NCBI GenBank assembly: GCA_902574695.1
Contig: CACGON010000001.1
Coordinates: 189,315-253,314, forward strand
Reading direction: 5' to 3'
DNA: 64,000 nucleotides
Source: an uncultured Pelagibacteraceae bacterium
GTDB lineage: Bacteria > Pseudomonadota > Alphaproteobacteria > Pelagibacterales > Pelagibacteraceae
Part shown: positions 21,799-33,433 of the stretch, in pieces
How positions within the stretch are numbered: the stretch's first letter is position 1
How the letters are laid out: each line of letters opens with the position of its first letter
Notes under the pieces: model-generated
What the model saw: the letters and a program-made list of their open reading frames with translations, nothing else
What the model was told of the DNA's origin: nothing
Databases searched by the model: none
Program-made: the position numbers and the translations under genes

Positions 21799-22464
21799 TT
21801 ATTTAAATATTTCAAGTAATTGATTCAGATCTTTAATTTGTTTATTTGGTTTAAAATCTAAATTATCAAATATATTATTATTTCTGTTCACCCAAATAGA
21901 ATTATAACCAAAATTTCCACCACCTGATACGTCCCAGGTATTAGCACTTAAAAAAGCAACTTCTTTTTTATTAATTTTGTATTTTTTTATTGGCAAATCA
22001 TAAACTTTTGAGTCAGGTTTATATACTCCAACCTGTTCTATAGAAAATATATCGTCAAAAATGTCATCAAAATTATTGTTTTTTACTAAATCTTTAAGAA
22101 GATCAGGAGTTCCATTAGATAGAATAGCTAATTTAAATTTTTTTTTCTTTAAATCCCTCAATACGTTTCGAACTTCACTGAAAGGAGAAAGTTTTTTATA
22201 AAGATTTAATAATTCATTTTTCATAGAAGGATCTATTGCGTGCACTTTCATAGACTTATCTAGACTGTCCTCAGTCACTTGCCAGAAATCTTTGTGTCTA
22301 TTCATTAGGCTGCGTAGCCAAGTATATTCTAACTGAGTTGTTCTCCAGTAATTGGCAAAAACTTCCCACTTAGCTCCAATTTTATTTTTACATTTCTCTG
22401 CTGCAGAGTTTACATCAAATAAAGTGCCATATGCATCAAAAATTATTACTTTAATATTTTTCAT
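21799..22464 (-). CDS. Haloacid dehalogenase type II (L-2-haloacid dehalogenase-like)
   Basis: FDAYGTLFDV, WRTTQLEYTW, LSNG, YKP, SANTWD. Confidence 0.92.
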   Translation of the reverse strand: MKNIKVIIFDAYGTLFDVNSAAEKCKNKIGAKWEVFANYWRTTQLEYTWLRSLMNRHKDFWQVTEDSLDKSMKVHAIDPSMKNELLNLYKKLSPFSEVRNVLRDLKKKKFKLAILSNGTPDLLKDLVKNNNFDDIFDDIFSIEQVGVYKPDSKVYDLPIKKYKINKKEVAFLSANTWDVSGGGNFGYNSIWVNRNNNIFDNLDFKPNKQIKDLNQLLEIFK

Positions 22465-22487
22465 AAATCAGATTAATATAATTATTA

Positions 22488-23195
22488 ATGAATAATTTAA
22501 GACTATTCTATCAAAAAAAAATATCCAATAATCTTATTGGTAATTTAGATAAAAAACAATCTCACTATGTAAACAAAGTAATGAGATTAAGAGAAAATGA
22601 TGAGTTTAATATTTTTAATGAGTCGGGAGAGTGGGTTGCTAAAATCAAAAAGGTTAATAAGTCAGGTATTGAATTTCAAATTATTAAACAGATAAGGTCA
22701 AAAGAAAGTAAAATAGATATTTGGTTAGCTTTTTCTCCAATTAAATCAAATTATTTTAATTTCATGATTCAAAAAGCAACAGAACTTGGTGTTACAAAAT
22801 TTATTCCTATTATCTTTGAAAGGACCATTGTTAGAAAAATAAATACTGAGCGGCTAAAAAAAATTATAATAGAGGCAACCGAACAATCTAATAGAATAAG
22901 TTTACCTAAATTAGAAAATCCCATGATGCTTCAAAATTTTTTTCAAAGTTATGAAGATAAAATCAAATTAATATTTACTGATCTTAATTCTAAACAAAAA
23001 AAAATATCGATTTCAAAGTCTGAGAAGAAACCATTATGTATAATTGTAGGCCCTGAAGGAGACTTTTCAGAGTCAGAAAGGTTAGAAATTTTAGGTTTTA
23101 AAGGAGTCGAAAGTATTAAATTGAATGAGAATATTTTGCGTTCAGAAACAGCAGTAATTTCGGCGCTATCTGTGATCAATTTTATGATAAATTGA
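22488..23195 (+). CDS. rsmE: 16S rRNA m3U1498 methyltransferase RsmE
   Basis: HY..KVMR, QKATELGV, EATEQS, VGPEGDFS, ILRSETA. Confidence 0.95.
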   Translation: MNNLRLFYQKKISNNLIGNLDKKQSHYVNKVMRLRENDEFNIFNESGEWVAKIKKVNKSGIEFQIIKQIRSKESKIDIWLAFSPIKSNYFNFMIQKATELGVTKFIPIIFERTIVRKINTERLKKIIIEATEQSNRISLPKLENPMMLQNFFQSYEDKIKLIFTDLNSKQKKISISKSEKKPLCIIVGPEGDFSESERLEILGFKGVESIKLNENILRSETAVISALSVINFMIN

Positions 23196-23255
23196 TAAAT
23201 TGTCGCGAAAACATTAGTGTAATTTTATCTATTTAGTTCTATATAGTTCATACCA

Positions 23256-25699
<2,444 letters not shown>

Positions 25700-25725
25700 A
25701 TCTTTTTAGCATATATAATTGAAAG

Positions 25726-26637
25726 ATGTCGATCACAAATATCAGAGCTAAAAAACAAAACATTTCAGAAATAAGAATTCTAAATGAACTTATAAAATTG
25801 ATGAAGCCAAGAGTTATGTCATTGGTAATTTTTACCTGTGCAGTTGGTTTATTGACCTCTCCTACTACTGTTCCTGTTAAAGAGGCAATGATGGGAATAT
25901 TGTTTGTTGCAATGGGAGCGGGTGCCGCAGGAACACTTAATATGTGGTATGAAGCAGACCTTGATAAACTTATGTCTAGGACGTGCTTAAGACCAATCCC
26001 AAGAGGAAACATAAATAAAAACCAAGCATTAATTTTTGGTTTGTTGTTATCATTAATCTCTGTTGTTAGTCTTTATTACTTTAGTAATGCTTTATCAGCA
26101 TTTCTTCTATTCTTCACAATTTTCTTTTATGTAATTGTTTATACAATCTGGCTAAAAAGAAAAACTTCACAGAATATTGTAATTGGAGGAGCATCTGGTG
26201 CATTACCACCAGTTATAGGATGGACTATTGCTAATAACTCTCTAACTTTAGAGCCACTAACATTATTTTTAATTATTTTTATTTGGACACCTTCTCATTT
26301 TTGGGCACTAAGTCTTTACAAAGCAAATGATTATAAAAAAGCTAAAATTCCAATGTTGCCAATTACCGATGGGATTCAAAATACCAAAAAAAATATTTTG
26401 ATTTACTCACTGTTAATGATACCTGCAATTGTAATGCCATACTTAATCGGATTTGCTGGATTAACCTTTTTAATTCCATCTTTAGGGCTTACTTTATATT
26501 ATAACTATATTTGTTTTAATCTTTACAATTTTAAAAAGGATAAATTTGACACGAAGATAGCAAGACAAATATTTAGTTATTCAATAATATATTTATTTTT
26601 AATTTTCGTGCTATTTTTATTAGATAAATTAATTTAA
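25726..26637 (+). CDS. ctaB: Protoheme IX farnesyltransferase
   Basis: LMKPRV, D..M.RT..RP, KRKT.QNIVIGG, WTPSHFWAL. Confidence 0.96.
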   Translation: MSITNIRAKKQNISEIRILNELIKLMKPRVMSLVIFTCAVGLLTSPTTVPVKEAMMGILFVAMGAGAAGTLNMWYEADLDKLMSRTCLRPIPRGNINKNQALIFGLLLSLISVVSLYYFSNALSAFLLFFTIFFYVIVYTIWLKRKTSQNIVIGGASGALPPVIGWTIANNSLTLEPLTLFLIIFIWTPSHFWALSLYKANDYKKAKIPMLPITDGIQNTKKNILIYSLLMIPAIVMPYLIGFAGLTFLIPSLGLTLYYNYICFNLYNFKKDKFDTKIARQIFSYSIIYLFLIFVLFLLDKLI

Positions 26638-26759
26638 TGATACCTGATAAAAAACTAAAAAAAAGAAATATTTGGACAGCATTTGGGTTAATAATATTTA
26701 TAGTTTTTTTGTTTATATTTACACTATTTAATATTGGAGTATTTGATAGACCCTTATAA
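26637..26759 (+). CDS. 40-aa single-TM protein, CoxF-like (not in ORF track)
   Basis: Hand translation MIPDKKLKKRNIWTAFGLIIFIVFLFIFTLFNIGVFDRPL*; ATG overlaps the ctaB stop (TAATG) and the ORF fills the gap to ctaG. Confidence 0.8.
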   Translation: MIPDKKLKKRNIWTAFGLIIFIVFLFIFTLFNIGVFDRPL

Positions 26760-26762
26760 TCT

Positions 26763-27308
26763 ATGAAAAAGAAAACATTAACACCTTTGATACTTGGAGG
26801 AATATTTTTTTTTATGTTGGGCCTCTCTTTTGCTGCAGTACCATTATATGATCTATTTTGTAGGGTTACTGGATTTGGAGGAACTACCCAAGTATCAAAA
26901 CAAGCTCCAAAAATTGTTTTGGATAATATTATTAGCGTAAGATTAGATACAAATGTTAACAGTAATTTATCTTGGAATTTTAAGGCAAAAAAAAATCTTA
27001 TGGATGTTAAGCCAGGCAAAGTTTATAATATTGATTTTGAAGTTGAAAACATTGGTAGCAAACCATCCGCAGGAGTTGCAAGTTACAATGTTTCTCCATC
27101 TTCTTTTGGTCAATATTTTAATAAGTTAGGTTGTTTTTGTTTTGAAAAACAGGTACTAAATCCAGGTGAAAAGGCTGTTTACAAATTAGTTTTTTTCTTA
27201 GACCCAGAACTTGTAAATGACCCAAAAACTGCAAACGTTGAGGATGTAACTATGTCATATACTTTTTTTTCATCTGACTACTATAAACAATCAATGAATA
27301 TTAATTAA
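26763..27308 (+). CDS. ctaG: Cytochrome c oxidase assembly protein CtaG/Cox11
   Basis: VPLYDLFCRVTGFGGT, CFCF. Confidence 0.97.
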   Translation: MKKKTLTPLILGGIFFFMLGLSFAAVPLYDLFCRVTGFGGTTQVSKQAPKIVLDNIISVRLDTNVNSNLSWNFKAKKNLMDVKPGKVYNIDFEVENIGSKPSAGVASYNVSPSSFGQYFNKLGCFCFEKQVLNPGEKAVYKLVFFLDPELVNDPKTANVEDVTMSYTFFSSDYYKQSMNIN

Positions 27309-27312
27309 TATT

Positions 27313-28104
27313 ATGTCAGGACAAGAACAAAAACACGATTATCACTTAGTGGACCCAAGCCCTTGGCCAATTTATACTTCTTTTGCAACATTAGTAACTG
27401 CAGTTGGTACAGTTTATTATTTTCATAGCAAAGTAATGTGGGCAATGATTGTAGGTTTCGCTTTGCTGATTTATGGAGCATATATGTGGTTTAGAGATGT
27501 AGTTATCGAGGCTGAACATCAGGGTCATCACACACCAGTTGTACAAATTCATCATAGATATGGAATGACATTATTTATTGCTTCTGAGGTAATGTTTTTT
27601 GTGGCTTGGTTCTGGGCATATTTTGATGCCAGCCTATTTCCTTCAGAATTTGTTGGAAATGTCTGGCCGCCTAAAGACATAGAAACTTTTGATCCATGGG
27701 ACATACCACTAATTAATACTTTAGTTTTGCTTTTATCAGGCACAACAGTTACCTGGGCACATCATGCATTGCTTGAAGATGATAGAAAAGGTTTTATTCA
27801 GGGTTTAAGTTTGACAGTATTTTTAGGAGCATGTTTCACAGCTCTACAAGCTTACGAGTATCATCATGCAACATTTAGTTTCTCAGGACATATTTATGGA
27901 GCAACTTTTTATATGGCAACTGGTTTTCATGGATTTCATGTAGTAATAGGCACAATTTTTTTAGCTGTTTGTCTATGGAGAGGTAAATTGGGACATTTCA
28001 ACAAAGATCATCATTTTGGTTTTGAAGCTGCAGCGTGGTACTGGCATTTTGTTGATGTTGTTTGGTTATTTTTATTTGCTGCAATTTATATCTGGGGTAG
28101 TTAA
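27313..28104 (+). CDS. coxC: Cytochrome c oxidase subunit III
   Basis: HLVDPSPWP, LFIASEVMFF, TGFHG.HV, WYWHFVDVVW. Confidence 0.98.
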   Translation: MSGQEQKHDYHLVDPSPWPIYTSFATLVTAVGTVYYFHSKVMWAMIVGFALLIYGAYMWFRDVVIEAEHQGHHTPVVQIHHRYGMTLFIASEVMFFVAWFWAYFDASLFPSEFVGNVWPPKDIETFDPWDIPLINTLVLLLSGTTVTWAHHALLEDDRKGFIQGLSLTVFLGACFTALQAYEYHHATFSFSGHIYGATFYMATGFHGFHVVIGTIFLAVCLWRGKLGHFNKDHHFGFEAAAWYWHFVDVVWLFLFAAIYIWGS

Positions 28105-28111
28105 AAAATCA

Positions 28112-28762
28112 TTGAAGAATAAATTTTTTTTTTCGGTATTTGTATATTTTTTTATCTTAATTTTTTTAAGCCTTGGCACTTGGCAAATTATAAGACTTAA
28201 CTGGAAACTAAACCTAATTTCTGAAATCGAAAAAAATATTAACTCAAAGCCTGTCAGTTTTTCAGGAAAAAATCTAAATAATTTTAAAAGAGTTGAGTTT
28301 GATGCAAATTTAAAGAATTCAAAATTGATATTTCTATATAGTTTAAATGAGGAAGGGAAACCTGGTTTTGATATAATAAACACAATTAGTATAGAAAATA
28401 ATAATTTTCTTTTAAACAGAGGCTGGATACCAAACAATTTAAAAAATAGTAATTTTGAATTATTAAACACAAATTTTTCTGGAATCTTAAAAAAAAAATC
28501 AAACAAAAATTATTTTAAACCAAAAAATGATATTCAAAATAATTATTGGTTTACTTTAAATGAAGATGATCTTTTCGAATATACTGGAAGAAAATTTTCC
28601 AATTTTATTATTTATGAAACCAATAACAGATCAAATTTTCCAAATCCGAAAAAAATTGGTGCAAATATTTCAAATAACCATTTAAAATACTCACTTACAT
28701 GGTTTTCATTAGCGATTTCAATTTTTTTAATATATTTATATTTTAGAAAAAAAAATTACTAA
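28112..28762 (+). CDS. surf1: SURF1 family oxidase biogenesis protein
   Basis: LGTWQI.RL.WK, NRGWIP, NNHLKYSLTWF; TTG 28112 chosen as start to avoid overlap with coxC (start uncertain). Confidence 0.9.
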   Translation: MKNKFFFSVFVYFFILIFLSLGTWQIIRLNWKLNLISEIEKNINSKPVSFSGKNLNNFKRVEFDANLKNSKLIFLYSLNEEGKPGFDIINTISIENNNFLLNRGWIPNNLKNSNFELLNTNFSGILKKKSNKNYFKPKNDIQNNYWFTLNEDDLFEYTGRKFSNFIIYETNNRSNFPNPKKIGANISNNHLKYSLTWFSLAISIFLIYLYFRKKNY

Positions 28763-30135
28763 TGGAATATATAAGTACACGAAATAATACAAATACTTTT
28801 ACCTTTAAGGATGTTTTCTTAAAAGGTTTGGCAGATGATGGAGGACTTTTTTTACCAAAATCAGTAAAACCATTTAGTAAAAAAGAATTAAATAATCTCA
28901 AAAACCTCAGCTATAATGATTTAGCAGTTGAAATAATCTATCCATTTATTGGAGATTTTATGTCTAAAGATAAATTAACTTCAATAATATCAAAATCATA
29001 CTCAAATTTTCGATCTGAAAATGTTGTAAAAATTTTTGAATTAGGAAATTTAAAAATTTTAGAACTTTTTCACGGCCCAACACTTGCTTTCAAAGATATT
29101 GCAATGCAATTAATAGGTAATTTTTATGAATATTATCTAAAGCATGAACATAAAAAAATTAATATTATAGTAGCGACCTCAGGTGATACTGGTGCTGCTG
29201 CGATTGACGCATTAAAAGGAAAAAAAAATTTAAATGTTTTTGTATTACATCCAAATAATAGAATTTCTCCAGTTCAGAGAAAATTAATGACAATTCATGA
29301 AGATAGTAATGTATTTAATATTGCAATAGAGGGTAACTTTGATGATTGTCAAAACTTAGTAAAAGCAATGTTTAATGACGAAAAGTTTTCAAAAACAATC
29401 AATATGTCAGGTGTAAATTCTATTAACTGGGCAAGAATTATTGCTCAGGCTGTATACTATTTTTATGCTTATTTTAAAGTTGATACTAATCAACCCCTAT
29501 CTTTTTCGGTCCCTACAGGTAACTTTGGAGATATCTATGCTGGTTATCTGGCAAAAAAACTAGGACTTCCAATTGACAAATTAATTGTAGCTACAAATAA
29601 AAACGACATACTTCATAGAGCAATATCTGGAGGTGATTATACTCAAAAGAAAGTTGTGGAAACAAATACTCCAAGTATGGATATACAAATAGCCAGTAAT
29701 TTTGAAAGACTTTTATACGATGTGAAAGACTGCGATTCACAAGTTACAAAGCAAGTAATGAAACAAATTAAAAATAATACTTACAAAATTGACAATAAAG
29801 ATTTAGATAAAATAAAAAAAAATTTTACATCTGAAATGCTTGATGAAAATGAAACTGTTGAAATGATAAAAGATATTAACGATACATATCAAATAGTAAT
29901 TGACCCTCATACTGCAGTTGGAATTGGAGCGGTAAAAAAATTAGGATTAGAAAAAAATTGCGTTGTATTATCAACAGCACATCCATGCAAATTTCCAAAA
30001 GCAATAAAGGATGCAATCCTAAAGACTGAGAATTTACCAGGTAGTTTAAAATATATTCATGAAAAAGAGGAAAAATTTGAAATTCTTGCTAATGATATAG
30101 AAAAAGTAAAAGACTATGTAACAAATTCAATTTGA
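28762..30135 (+). CDS. thrC: Threonine synthase
   Basis: YISTR, ELFHGPTLAFKD, ATSGDTG, NSINWAR, VPTGNFG. Confidence 0.98.
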   Translation: MEYISTRNNTNTFTFKDVFLKGLADDGGLFLPKSVKPFSKKELNNLKNLSYNDLAVEIIYPFIGDFMSKDKLTSIISKSYSNFRSENVVKIFELGNLKILELFHGPTLAFKDIAMQLIGNFYEYYLKHEHKKINIIVATSGDTGAAAIDALKGKKNLNVFVLHPNNRISPVQRKLMTIHEDSNVFNIAIEGNFDDCQNLVKAMFNDEKFSKTINMSGVNSINWARIIAQAVYYFYAYFKVDTNQPLSFSVPTGNFGDIYAGYLAKKLGLPIDKLIVATNKNDILHRAISGGDYTQKKVVETNTPSMDIQIASNFERLLYDVKDCDSQVTKQVMKQIKNNTYKIDNKDLDKIKKNFTSEMLDENETVEMIKDINDTYQIVIDPHTAVGIGAVKKLGLEKNCVVLSTAHPCKFPKAIKDAILKTENLPGSLKYIHEKEEKFEILANDIEKVKDYVTNSI

Positions 30136-30171
30136 AAACAAAGATAGAGTAAATTTTAATAAATTTTATTA

Positions 30172-30597
30172 TTATTTCGAATTTGCAGCATCTCTGGCAA
30201 TTATATCTACCTCGTTATTAAATTTATCTGTCGAATGCGCTTTTACCCAATTCCAGCTTATTTCAAATTCATTATTTAAAAAATCTAACTCTGTCCAAAG
30301 TTGTTTATTTTTAACATCTTGTTTGTTTGCAGTTTTCCATCCATTTTTTTTCCAATTCAGGATCCATTCAGTTATTCCTGATTTTACATATTTAGAGTCC
30401 GTAAAAATTTCAACTTTGTTACCCTTTGGAATTTTCTTTAAAGCTTCAATTGGAGCCATCAATTCCATCTGATTATTAGTTGTATTTTTTTTACTTCCCT
30501 TTATGTAGGTTTTTTTTCCATCATCAATTATTATTGCTGCCCAACCACCATTTCCTGGATTATCTACACAAGAACCATCAGTATATATTTTAATCAT
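30172..30597 (-). CDS. rnhA: Ribonuclease HI
   Basis: YTDGSC..NPG.GGW, TTNNQMEL, TDSKYV, WVKAH. Confidence 0.97.
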   Translation of the reverse strand: MIKIYTDGSCVDNPGNGGWAAIIIDDGKKTYIKGSKKNTTNNQMELMAPIEALKKIPKGNKVEIFTDSKYVKSGITEWILNWKKNGWKTANKQDVKNKQLWTELDFLNNEFEISWNWVKAHSTDKFNNEVDIIARDAANSK

Positions 30598-31564
30598 TAT
30601 TTTTATATGCTTTATAAGAATTTATTTGGTGATGAAAATTTAATTTTTGAATGTATTCTCTAGGGTCTTTAATCTTTATAATAGCATTTTTTGGCGTATT
30701 TAAATAATCATAAGCTCTTGTTAAAAGATACCTCAAAGCTGATCCTCTACACATTGTATTAAAATTTTTTCTTTCAATATTTTTCAATTTTCTAATACTT
30801 TCATAACCTCTAATAAGATTTGAGGATTTTTTTTTATTTAAGATGTATTTACTACCTTTTTTTTCAAAACAAAGTGCATTTATACAAGTAGCAAGCTCAT
30901 ATGATAAATAATCATTACATGAAAAATAAAAATCTATAAAACCATGAAATTTTTTTTTATGAAAAATAATATTATCAACGAATAAATCTGAATGTATTAT
31001 TCCTTTAGGCATATTTTTAGGCCATGCTTTTTTTATCTGTATTAATTCATTTTTCATAACACTTTTTAAATTCTTAGATAACTTGTCTATTTTAATACTT
31101 ATTTTTGATAATAAATTAGACCAAGATGAAATAGATAAAGAATTTCTCCTATATAGTTTTATTTTTTTTGACGCCAAATGGAGCTTGGCTACATTTTTGC
31201 CAACCATGTAACAATCTTTATAATTTAATTCTTTTTTGTCCTTACCTATAAGGAATGAAACAATGCAGGCATTCTTATTTTTTATTTTAAATATAAATTT
31301 ACCCTTTTTACTTTTGACTGGATTTGGACACTTAACTTTTAATTTGGACAATCTCGACATTAAATTCATAAAATAAGGAAGGTCACGAGAATTTACTCTT
31401 TTTTCAAAGATTGTAAGAATATATTTTTTATTTTTTATAGTTATAAAATAGTTAGTATTTTCAATACCTTTCTTAATGCCTTTATATCTTTGAATTTTCC
31501 CAATATTGAATTGATTTTCAATATTTAATATATCTCGATTATTAATTCTCGTGAAGACTGCCAT
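30590..31564 (-). CDS. thrB: Homoserine kinase type II
   Basis: MAVFT, GIENTNY, IHSDLFVDN, IDFYF, KDPREY; usual ispH-thrB-rnhA order. Confidence 0.95.
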   Translation of the reverse strand: MAVFTRINNRDILNIENQFNIGKIQRYKGIKKGIENTNYFITIKNKKYILTIFEKRVNSRDLPYFMNLMSRLSKLKVKCPNPVKSKKGKFIFKIKNKNACIVSFLIGKDKKELNYKDCYMVGKNVAKLHLASKKIKLYRRNSLSISSWSNLLSKISIKIDKLSKNLKSVMKNELIQIKKAWPKNMPKGIIHSDLFVDNIIFHKKKFHGFIDFYFSCNDYLSYELATCINALCFEKKGSKYILNKKKSSNLIRGYESIRKLKNIERKNFNTMCRGSALRYLLTRAYDYLNTPKNAIIKIKDPREYIQKLNFHHQINSYKAYKNND

Positions 31565-32508
31565 TAGTTTAATCTTCCAGGAATTTTAAAAGTAATGTCT
31601 TCTTTTATTATTTCTACTTCTTCAATATTTACCTTGAATTCCTTTTTTAATTTTTTAATAAAGTTTTCAACTAAAATTTCCGGTGCAGATGCTCCCGATG
31701 ATATTCCTATAGTTTTACATTTTGTAATTTTATCTAAAGGAATACAGCTTTCAGAATGAATTAAAATTGCCTCAGCACAGCCAGATTTGATAGCAACCTC
31801 TACAAGTCTTACTGAGTTTGAGGAATTTCTACTTCCAATTACGAAAAACATATCACATTGTTTTGCAATTTTTTTTACTGCAGCTTGCCTATTCGTTGTT
31901 GCATAACATATGTCTTCTTTTTTGGGTTCTTTAATTTCTTTAAATTTTTCTTTTAAAGCGTCGATAATATCTTTTGTATCATCAACAGATAATGTTGTTT
32001 GTGTAACAAATGCCAATTTTTTATTATCCCCATTTTCAAATTTTTTTACATCATCAATATTTTCAATTAAATCTATTGAACCACTTGGGATCTGACCCAT
32101 TGTACCAACTACCTCTGGATGATTTTTGTGTCCAATCAATAAAACATGAAATCCATTTTTATTTAGATTTTCTGCTTCCCTATGAACTTTTGAAACTAAA
32201 GGGCATGTTGCATCAATATAATCCATTTTTAAATTCTCAGCCTCTGCAGGAACAACTTTGGGTACTCCGTGAGCAGAAAATATTACTGGTCTTGATTTAT
32301 CTTTAACTTCGCTAAGTTCTTCAACAAAAATTGCGCCAATTTTTTTTAAACTTTCAACAACGTACTTGTTATGCACAATTTCATGTCTTACATAAACTGG
32401 AGCTCCATATTTATCTATACTCTTTTTTACTATTTCTATTGCACGATCTACACCTGCACAAAAACCTCTAGGAGCCGCCAGTAAAATTTTAAGTTTTTTA
32501 TCTTTCAT
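31564..32508 (-). CDS. ispH: 4-hydroxy-3-methylbut-2-enyl diphosphate reductase
   Basis: PRGFCAGV, DATCPLV, TQTT, ICYATTNRQ, SSNS. Confidence 0.98.
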   Translation of the reverse strand: MKDKKLKILLAAPRGFCAGVDRAIEIVKKSIDKYGAPVYVRHEIVHNKYVVESLKKIGAIFVEELSEVKDKSRPVIFSAHGVPKVVPAEAENLKMDYIDATCPLVSKVHREAENLNKNGFHVLLIGHKNHPEVVGTMGQIPSGSIDLIENIDDVKKFENGDNKKLAFVTQTTLSVDDTKDIIDALKEKFKEIKEPKKEDICYATTNRQAAVKKIAKQCDMFFVIGSRNSSNSVRLVEVAIKSGCAEAILIHSESCIPLDKITKCKTIGISSGASAPEILVENFIKKLKKEFKVNIEEVEIIKEDITFKIPGRLN

Positions 32509-33433
32509 TTTTTTCAACCAAATATTCCAGCAATATATGCGGAAAGGTTAAAGACGCCAATCCAATAAAAATAACCTTAAAAATAGCCTCATTTAATTGA
32601 TTTAAATCAAGTAGAAAAAATAAAGATAGAATAAAAAGAATTGCTGTAGTTAAAGAAAGGGGAAGTGCTTTATTAACAAACATATTAAAACCCTTTTTAA
32701 TATTCGCTCTGTTTAGTTCATGACTTAATGAAATAATGTGTCTTATAGAATGTAAAAAACAAAAATAAATTGTAAAAGCAAAAAAAGGGGTAAAAAAATA
32801 ATTTATTGCTAATATCGAAGGGATTTCAAAAATAAATGCTGTATATTGTTTTCCAGTAATAAAAAAACAAGATAAAAGAACCAAACCTAGCATTGCTTCG
32901 AAAAAATAATATTTTTTTAAAAAAAGAATAGAATTTACAAAAAGATCACTCGAAATTACTGTGAAAATTTCAATAGTTTCGTTTGGATGAAAGACCAAAG
33001 GTGAAATGATAATAATTGCTCCTCTTGAAAAATAATAAACTATTTTTAACTCTGATAGCTTGATCTTACTTAAGCTATTGAAACCATCTTCCTTACCAAA
33101 GTGATAAGCTGCAATTAATAAAAAGGCTAGCAAAGTAAAAGAAGGCAAAAATTTCCAGATAAATATTATGAAAATAGCGACAAATATATAGCTCAAATAA
33201 AAAATGATTGAATTTTTTAATTTATAAAATTTTAAAAGCTTTTTACCTTTGTAGTTATCTAAAGACCCATGTGAAACACCAATAGTTGCTATCAAAAAAA
33301 AACATATTAGGTTTGTAGCACTATTATTAATAATTAGATTATTTTTAGCAAACAGGCCATACAAAACTATTACAAGTACAGCAAACCACATACCGTGTCT
33401 AAATTCAAAATTATCAAATTCAAATTTTTTCAT
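32498..33433 (-). CDS. blh: Beta-carotene 15,15'-dioxygenase (Brp/Blh family)
   Basis: Multi-TM protein with four conserved His motifs: G.SHGSLD, YHFG, LHSIRH, LTFPH; downstream of crtY. Confidence 0.93.
   Translation of the reverse strand: MKKFEFDNFEFRHGMWFAVLVIVLYGLFAKNNLIINNSATNLICFFLIATIGVSHGSLDNYKGKKLLKFYKLKNSIIFYLSYIFVAIFIIFIWKFLPSFTLLAFLLIAAYHFGKEDGFNSLSKIKLSELKIVYYFSRGAIIIISPLVFHPNETIEIFTVISSDLFVNSILFLKKYYFFEAMLGLVLLSCFFITGKQYTAFIFEIPSILAINYFFTPFFAFTIYFCFLHSIRHIISLSHELNRANIKKGFNMFVNKALPLSLTTAILFILSLFFLLDLNQLNEAIFKVIFIGLASLTFPHILLEYLVEKNER

Noticed and set aside
28016-28111. Long N-terminal extensions in the ORF track (surf1, atpF, mutY, UDG, TPR, hemF, petB, sensor kinase, MidA)
   Set aside because: These come from taking the first possible start codon; they overlap neighbouring genes, and better-placed downstream starts exist.
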